Shown here piece after piece: positions 58,442-64,000 of a stretch of 64,000 nt of DNA. Every line of letters starts with the position of its first letter. The stretch's first letter is position 1. Origin of the DNA: an uncultured Pseudomonadota bacterium (GTDB lineage: Bacteria; Myxococcota_A; Polyangia; Fen-1088); the NCBI GenBank assembly GCA_963847705.1, contig CAWKBC010000034.1, positions 227,902-291,901 on the forward strand, in the 5' to 3' direction. The notes under the pieces were generated by a model, which worked only from the letters and a program-made list of their open reading frames with translations, was not told the DNA's origin and did not search any database. Made by a program: the position numbers and the translations under genes.

Positions 58442-59689
58442 ATGACACGTATGACTCGCTTTGCCGTCACGTTTGTCGTGACCGCGGGGGGACTCCTGGC
58501 TGCGCGCGCCGCAAGCGCGCAGGACGCCGGAACCAACCCCACCTGCGCCAGCTTGCCCAACCCGGTCTACATGGACGGCTCGAGCGCGTTCGTCCCGACC
58601 GTCCAGTCCTTCGCCGTCCTGCTGGCGGCGGAGTCTACTCCGATCACCATCGTCTACCTGTCGCCGGGATCGTGCGCCGGGGTGAACGACATCGCCACGA
58701 CCGCGGACCTCACCGGAACCGCGAACTACTTCACCCTGACCGGGACGACCGTCAACAAGCTGACCTGCACTCTTTCGGCCGGACAGAAGGCGGACATCGG
58801 CGTCTCGGACGTCTTCTACGGCTCGTGTGGCACGGCTGCGCCGGCGACCCAGCCGGCCACGCTGAAGGACTTCCCGGGCCCCGTGCAAGCGATGGAGTTC
58901 GTGGTCGCCAAGGCGAACACCGGCACCGCATATCTGACCGCGGCTGAGGGGAACGTCCTCTATGGCTGCGGCTCCACGGCCAACGTCTCCACCTTCACCC
59001 AGGCGAACGGGATCTTCTGCCGCAACTCGGCCTCGGGAACACAAATCATCGTCTCCGATAACGTCGGTCTGTCGCCGGCCACGCCGGCCCCTCCGATCTG
59101 CGTCTCGGCAGGCAGCAGCGGTGCGGTCGCCACGGACGTCAGCGGTTACACGACGCCGGCCGCCGCCGTCGGCTTCCTGGGCGCGGACGTCTATGACACC
59201 AACCGCACCACCCTGGGCGCGCTGGCATTCCAGGCCTTCGGTCAGACCAAGGCCTACTACGCCGACTCGACCCCCTCCGCGGTCGATCGCCAGAACGTTC
59301 GCGACGGTCACTACACGATGTGGGGCTACGAGCACATGTTCGCCTACGTCAACAGCAGCGGCGTGCCGACCAGCGCCAACGCCGCCAAGGTCATCAACCT
59401 GATCACCGGCGCGGCGACCGACGCCAACGTCGGCGACTACGTCCAGATCGAAGGAAAGGCCGGGACGATCCCGCTCTGCGCGATGGGCGTGCAGAAGGTC
59501 AACGACTCGCCCGGGTACCTGTCGGCGGCCCCGACCGCGCCGACCTGCACCTGCGCGTACGTCAAGGCGGCCAGCGGCACGGCGCCGGCTTCGTGCGTGG
59601 CCTGTGGCGGCACTTCCGACGGTGGAGCCGACGCGGCGGCCGCCGGCTGCACCGGTGGCAAGACCTGTCAGCACGGCTTCTGCGAGTGA
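58442..59689 (+). CDS. Secreted Cys-rich PstS-like (PBP superfamily) substrate-binding protein
   Basis: Signal peptide ending ASA; PstS-type motifs GSSA, GSCAG, DIGVSD, RNSASGT, VGF and GHY..WGYEH; about 15 Cys; GGAGG RBS. Confidence 0.75.
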   Translation: MTRMTRFAVTFVVTAGGLLAARAASAQDAGTNPTCASLPNPVYMDGSSAFVPTVQSFAVLLAAESTPITIVYLSPGSCAGVNDIATTADLTGTANYFTLTGTTVNKLTCTLSAGQKADIGVSDVFYGSCGTAAPATQPATLKDFPGPVQAMEFVVAKANTGTAYLTAAEGNVLYGCGSTANVSTFTQANGIFCRNSASGTQIIVSDNVGLSPATPAPPICVSAGSSGAVATDVSGYTTPAAAVGFLGADVYDTNRTTLGALAFQAFGQTKAYYADSTPSAVDRQNVRDGHYTMWGYEHMFAYVNSSGVPTSANAAKVINLITGAATDANVGDYVQIEGKAGTIPLCAMGVQKVNDSPGYLSAAPTAPTCTCAYVKAASGTAPASCVACGGTSDGGADAAAAGCTGGKTCQHGFCE

Positions 59690-59697
59690 AAGGACTT

Positions 59698-60087
59698 ATG
59701 ACCATGCGTAGACATCTGAAGAACTTTTTCTTGGTGGTGACTCTGGCTGGCTTCGGCGGCTCCGGCATGATGGCCTGCTCGTCGAGCTCATCCGGTGGCA
59801 CCGGTGGCAGCGGCGGCGGGGCAGCCGGGAGCAAGGGCACCGGCGGTACAGCAACGGGCGGCGCGGCTGGGGCAGGCACGGGCGGCGTGGGTGGCGGAGC
59901 AGGAGCAGGCACGGGTGGTGCGGCCGGCGCGGCGGGGGGCAGCGGAACCGGTGGAGCTGGCGGCGCGGGCGGGCAGAGCGCGGCGCAGGTGAACCTGGCG
60001 ATCATCAACGCCACACCGGCGACGGGCGTCACGGCCGTGACGCCGTCGCGCACCGCGCCGACGTTCACCTCGGCCACCTGTCCGTAG
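59698..60087 (+). CDS. Small Gly-rich lipoprotein
   Basis: AAGGA RBS; signal peptide ending MMAC; G/T/A linker; short C-terminus ending ATCP. Confidence 0.75.
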   Translation: MTMRRHLKNFFLVVTLAGFGGSGMMACSSSSSGGTGGSGGGAAGSKGTGGTATGGAAGAGTGGVGGGAGAGTGGAAGAAGGSGTGGAGGAGGQSAAQVNLAIINATPATGVTAVTPSRTAPTFTSATCP

Positions 60088-60098
60088 TTCACGCACGT

Positions 60099-60147
60099 TC
60101 ATTGCTGTCCCTCTCCGGGGGGGGAGGGACAGCAATGAGTTTTTTCT
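60099..60147 (+). terminator. Intrinsic terminator / stabilising hairpin
   Basis: 15-bp perfect stem TCATTGCTGTCCCTC / GAGGGACAGCAATGA followed by GTTTTTTCTT. Confidence 0.85.
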
Positions 60148-60164
60148 TCTTTAAGCGATGACTG

Positions 60165-61754
60165 TTGAACTTGGCAAACAAAGCATTCGGTAGATGGGCG
60201 CGATATTGGCTCGTTGGGTTTTTGTCCGTGGCGTCGACGACCGCCGCGGCCCAAACGGCCGGGCCGCCCGCAGCGGCACCGCCCACGGCGGCACCGCCCA
60301 CCAGAGGCTCGGACGCCGCCGCGCCTTTGGGACCGCTGTCTCCGGCGGACGACGCTGCGGCCAAGGCAGCCGCTGAAGCCGCCGCGCGCGAGCAGCAGGC
60401 GCGGGAGGCCCGCGAGGCCGCGCAGGCCCGCGAAATCGCCCAGCTGCGCACCGATCTCGAGCAACTGCGCAACCAGCAGGTCGAGGACCGTCAGGTTCGC
60501 GCCGAGGCGGTCGATGCGCTGAACGCGCGGGCGGAGGCGCTCAGGGCCGAGGCGATGCAGGCACCGCCCGATGTGCTCACCGCGCGCATCGGACTGAGCC
60601 TGACCGGTTATCTCCAGGCCGACTGGGTGGTGAACAACCAGTCGTCGCAGAACCAGCTAAGCCCGACCGGGGCACCGCTGAACCAGAACGAGATCTACAT
60701 CCGCCGGGCGCGCCTGCGCGCCGCCGTCGAGCGCTGGTGGGTGGCCGGGTTGGTCGAGTTCGACGGCAACACCGTCAACGGCGCGACGGCGCGGATCATC
60801 GGCGCCGAAGCCTCGCTGAAGTTTCCGCCCGAGCGCGGCAACCCGCTGCCGCTGTTGATGGCGACGATCGGGCTGTTCAAGATTCCCTTCGGGTTCGAGG
60901 TCGGCCAGAGCGATCGGGAGCGGCTCTTCCTCGAGCGCTCCACCGCGGAGCACGGGCTGTTTCCGGGTGAATACGACGCCGGGGTCCGGCTGCAAGGCGG
61001 CTGGCGCTTTGCCCGCTACCAGTTCGCCTTCATGGACGGCGAGCCGATCGGCGAGAAGACCGCCTTCCCGCTGCACGATCCCAACAGCGAAAAGGACTTC
61101 GTCGGCCGGGTGGGGATCGACACGCCGATCGCGCCGATGGTCTGGGTGGCCGGGGGATTCTCCGGCCTCTCCGGAACCGGGTTCCACCCCGGAACGCCGG
61201 CCACCAAGGCGACGTTGCAGTTCACCGATCGCAACGGCGACGGTGTCCTCTCTGGCCTGAACGAGATCCAGGTCATCCCGGGTGCTTCGGCCACACCGTC
61301 CCAGAATTTCTCCCGCTTCGGCTACGGCGCCGATCTGCGCTTCGGGGTGAACGAACCGGAGCTCGGCGCGACCGTTCTCTGGAGCGAGCTCTACTGGGCG
61401 CAGAACCTCGATCGGGGCGTCCTGCCGGCCGACCCGGTGGCGTTCGGCCGCAACTACCGAGAGTTCGGCTTCTACCTCGGCCTGACGCAGGATCTCGGCC
61501 CGCACCTCCAGGCCGGCATCCGCTACGACTTCTACAATCCAGACGCCGACTCCGTGAACACGGTGATGGGGGCGACGAAGCCGACCGCCTTCGCCTATCA
61601 GACCGTGGCGTTCGCGGGAGCCTTGCGCTGGTCGTCGGGCCGCCTGATTGCGGAGTACGACCTCAACCGCAACCACAACGGCCGCGACGCCGAGGGAAAC
61701 CCGGTCAACCTGCCGTCGAACGCCTTCACCCTGCGGGGCGAGGTGAGCTTTTGA
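60165..61754 (+). CDS. OprO/OprP-like (phosphate-selective porin superfamily) outer membrane porin
   Basis: Signal peptide, N-terminal coiled coil, L.GYLQAD, IRRARLR, G.FKIPFG.E, FLERS, D.N..KD..GR, RYD and C-terminal EVSF. Confidence 0.75.
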   Translation: MNLANKAFGRWARYWLVGFLSVASTTAAAQTAGPPAAAPPTAAPPTRGSDAAAPLGPLSPADDAAAKAAAEAAAREQQAREAREAAQAREIAQLRTDLEQLRNQQVEDRQVRAEAVDALNARAEALRAEAMQAPPDVLTARIGLSLTGYLQADWVVNNQSSQNQLSPTGAPLNQNEIYIRRARLRAAVERWWVAGLVEFDGNTVNGATARIIGAEASLKFPPERGNPLPLLMATIGLFKIPFGFEVGQSDRERLFLERSTAEHGLFPGEYDAGVRLQGGWRFARYQFAFMDGEPIGEKTAFPLHDPNSEKDFVGRVGIDTPIAPMVWVAGGFSGLSGTGFHPGTPATKATLQFTDRNGDGVLSGLNEIQVIPGASATPSQNFSRFGYGADLRFGVNEPELGATVLWSELYWAQNLDRGVLPADPVAFGRNYREFGFYLGLTQDLGPHLQAGIRYDFYNPDADSVNTVMGATKPTAFAYQTVAFAGALRWSSGRLIAEYDLNRNHNGRDAEGNPVNLPSNAFTLRGEVSF

Positions 61755-62698
61755 GGCGCGCCGCCCTCACGCTGCGGGCGGTCGGCTTCGTCGCGAGCTT
61801 GCTGGCGGCCGGGTGCGCCGCCAGCGCCAGCCCGGAGTCGGGCATCACCGCGCTCCTGCGGGCCTCGAACGGGCAGTTCGTCGAGGGGGCGCTGCCTCCC
61901 GACACCTCCGCGACCGGCTCGGCCGTCATCAGCGGCGTCGCCATCAACAACACCAACGTCTATCCCGGTGAGGAAAACTTTCCCCTCTCGGGGACGGTCA
62001 CCGGCGCGACCGCGCTGGTCGGCCTCGAGGACGACGCCGGCTACTGGATCATCCCTGCGACGCTCGTCGATCAGACGACGGTCGGCGGCTTCGACTTCTC
62101 CACCCAGCTGACGTTCTCGCCCCTCATGCCGGTGGGAGCGCAGACCTTGATCCTGCGCGGGGTCGCCCAGGACGGGACGGTCGGCCCGGCGCAGCTCTAC
62201 AAGCTCGCTGCCGGAACGCTGGCGCCGACCGGTTTTCCCCTGGTGATCACGCTCGCCTGGGACACCGAAGCCGACCTCGACCTGCACGTGGTGATGCCGA
62301 ACGTGACCGATCCGAGCACCCCGATCGAGATCTGGGCCAAGCACCCGGTCGGTCTGCCAGTCCCGATGCTGGGCGCGCCCCCGCTCTATCCGGACCAGAT
62401 CGCCGACGCGGCCTATCTGGACTTCGACTCCAACGCCAACTGCGTGATCGACGGCCGGCGGCAGGAGAACGTCATCTTTCCGGTGGCGCCGCCGCCAGGC
62501 GACTACACGGTCCGCGTCGATACGCCTTCGCTGTGCGGTCAGGCCGACGCGCAGTGGACCGTGAGCGCCACCCTGACCGACGCCAACATGAGCTCCACCT
62601 CGCTCGGATTCGTCCAGTGGGAGTCGACCGACGCCTCCACCCGCGGCCCTCACGGCGCCGGTTCGGGCCTGCTGGCCTTCACGTTCACGATTCAATGA
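61751..62698 (+). CDS. Lipoprotein with YfaP/DUF2135-like domain
   Basis: Lipobox LAAGC; LVITLAWDTEADLDLHV...LDFDSN..C..DG...EN......PPGDYTVRVD. Confidence 0.75.
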   Translation: MRRAALTLRAVGFVASLLAAGCAASASPESGITALLRASNGQFVEGALPPDTSATGSAVISGVAINNTNVYPGEENFPLSGTVTGATALVGLEDDAGYWIIPATLVDQTTVGGFDFSTQLTFSPLMPVGAQTLILRGVAQDGTVGPAQLYKLAAGTLAPTGFPLVITLAWDTEADLDLHVVMPNVTDPSTPIEIWAKHPVGLPVPMLGAPPLYPDQIADAAYLDFDSNANCVIDGRRQENVIFPVAPPPGDYTVRVDTPSLCGQADAQWTVSATLTDANMSSTSLGFVQWESTDASTRGPHGAGSGLLAFTFTIQ

Positions 62699-62720
62699 AA
62701 GGTAGCTGGAAGGGGGAAAC

Positions 62721-63440
62721 ATGAATTCCAACGTCCTCATGCAAAAGCTGGTGTTCGTCGCCTCGGTCGCCAGCCAGGCGGTGCTCTACGTGCTGCTCGG
62801 CCTGTCGGTGCTGTCGATCGGCGTGATCGTCGAGCGCTGGTGGTACTTCCGGCAGCGCCGCGACAACCTGGACGATCTGGCGGAGCGTCTGCGCAAGGCC
62901 TTCGGCCGCGGCGATCTGGCGGCGGCGCGCAAGCTGCTCGCGGCCAGCAAGTCGGTCGAGGCGACGATCGTGCGCGAGGCGCTCGACTGGTACGACGACG
63001 GTCCGGAGGCGGTCGAGCAGATCCTGGCCAAGGCGACCCGCCTGCGGCGCAAGTCGTTCGAGGGGGGGCTGCTGTTTCTGGGGACGCTGGGCAACAACGC
63101 GCCCTTCATCGGCCTCTTCGGCACGGTGCTCGGCATCGTCACGGCCTTCCGGGAGCTGGGGGCCAACTCGATGGGCGCGATGGGGAACGTCATGGGCGGC
63201 ATCGCCGAGGCGCTGATCGCCACCGCGGTCGGCATCCTGGTCGCCCTCCCCGCCGTCATCTTCTACAACGTGTTTCAGAAGAAGGGCGGCGACATCGAGG
63301 AGCAGGCCGCCGCGCTCGGCAACATCGTCATCGCCTCGATGCGAACCCACCGCCGCGCCGACGCGGCGCCGACCGCCACGGACCCGATCGCCGACCGCAC
63401 CGGCGAGCACGTCGGACGGGTGGCGGGGGTCGAGGCCTAG
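62721..63440 (+). CDS. exbB: MotA/TolQ/ExbB proton channel family protein
   Basis: [23 protein letters not shown] and [18 protein letters not shown]. Confidence 0.9.
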   Translation: MNSNVLMQKLVFVASVASQAVLYVLLGLSVLSIGVIVERWWYFRQRRDNLDDLAERLRKAFGRGDLAAARKLLAASKSVEATIVREALDWYDDGPEAVEQILAKATRLRRKSFEGGLLFLGTLGNNAPFIGLFGTVLGIVTAFRELGANSMGAMGNVMGGIAEALIATAVGILVALPAVIFYNVFQKKGGDIEEQAAALGNIVIASMRTHRRADAAPTATDPIADRTGEHVGRVAGVEA

Positions 63441-63860
63441 ATGGCCGGCACGATGGGGGGCGGCCGGGGCCGCGTCCGCACGATCGCGCAGATCAACGTC
63501 ACGCCGCTGGTCGACGTGGTGCTGGTGTTGCTGGTCATCCTGATGGTCGCCTCGACCTACATCGTGGCGCAGACGCTGAAGGTGCAGCTGCCGCGCGCCA
63601 AGTCGACCGACGGCACGGCCGACAAGCCGACCAAGGTCGAGCTCCTCAAGGACGGACGCCTGCGCTGGAACGAGGTCGACACGCCCGAGTCGGCGCTGGC
63701 CGACAAGATGAAGGCGGCCGTGGCGGCCGATGCCGACATGAGCCTGGTGGTGAGCGCCGACAAGGAGGTGATGCACGGCAACGTGGTGCACATCCTCGAC
63801 CTGGCCAAGCTGGCGGGCATCACCAAGTTCGCGATCAACGTTCAGCAGAGCGGAGAGTAG
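63441..63860 (+). CDS. exbD: ExbD/TolR biopolymer transport protein
   Basis: [23 protein letters not shown] and AD..V.HG.VV.ILD..K.AG. Confidence 0.92.
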   Translation: MAGTMGGGRGRVRTIAQINVTPLVDVVLVLLVILMVASTYIVAQTLKVQLPRAKSTDGTADKPTKVELLKDGRLRWNEVDTPESALADKMKAAVAADADMSLVVSADKEVMHGNVVHILDLAKLAGITKFAINVQQSGE

Positions 63861-63863
63861 TCC

Positions 63864-64000
63864 TTGCGGTTGCCCACGGTCATCATCTCCGTGGGGCTCC
63901 ACGTCGGTCTGGCCGTCGGCCTGATCTCGGTCGCCCAAAAGCGCGAGCTGCGACGGCGGGCGATCTCCGTCGCCGTGCAGGACGAGAAGAAGAAGGCGAA
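63864..64000 (+). CDS. TonB-like energy transducer, N-terminal part (runs off the right edge)
   Basis: TTG 3 nt after the exbD stop; [18 protein letters not shown] has the SxxLH TM motif, followed by a Lys-rich linker. Confidence 0.7.
   Translation, partial: MRLPTVIISVGLHVGLAVGLISVAQKRELRRRAISVAVQDEKKKA

Overview
Very GC-rich bacterial chromosomal segment. Gene content (Hanks-type Ser/Thr kinases, FHA-sigma54 activators, TPR-PEGA proteins, Cys-rich repeat lipoproteins, AgmX/PglI-type domains) points to Myxococcota, probably Polyangia (inference). About 50 CDSs and one tRNA-Ala(GGC) are supported; no CRISPR array, integrase or transposase is visible. Main blocks: (1) 1-6 kb and 20.5-27.5 kb, two diverged copies of a cassette made of Ser/Thr kinase + FHA-sigma54 activator + TPR-PEGA protein + a variable surface lipoprotein, with near-consensus sigma54 -24/-12 promoters beside them (a divergent pair around a triple palindrome at 1.06-1.21 kb, and one upstream of an ECF sigma factor); (2) TonB-like genes, ttcA and lon; (3) a patchy accessory region after tRNA-Ala; (4) a FdhF/YdeP + OFA transporter + fdhD cluster; (5) a GH43 lipoprotein and stress genes; (6) TamB-like / TamA / TamB, the first with a 1-nt frameshift; (7) a phoB/phoR-like pair, a PhoB-receiver paralog lacking the DNA-binding domain, divergent Pho-box-like repeats, and an operon encoding a Cys-rich PstS-like protein, an OprO/P-like porin, a lipoprotein and ExbB/ExbD/TonB. 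The best candidates for an undescribed system are the repeated kinase/FHA-sigma54/TPR-PEGA trans-envelope cassette and the Pho-linked PstS-like/porin/Ton operon. All functional calls come from reading motifs by eye; no searches were run, and start codons are best estimates.
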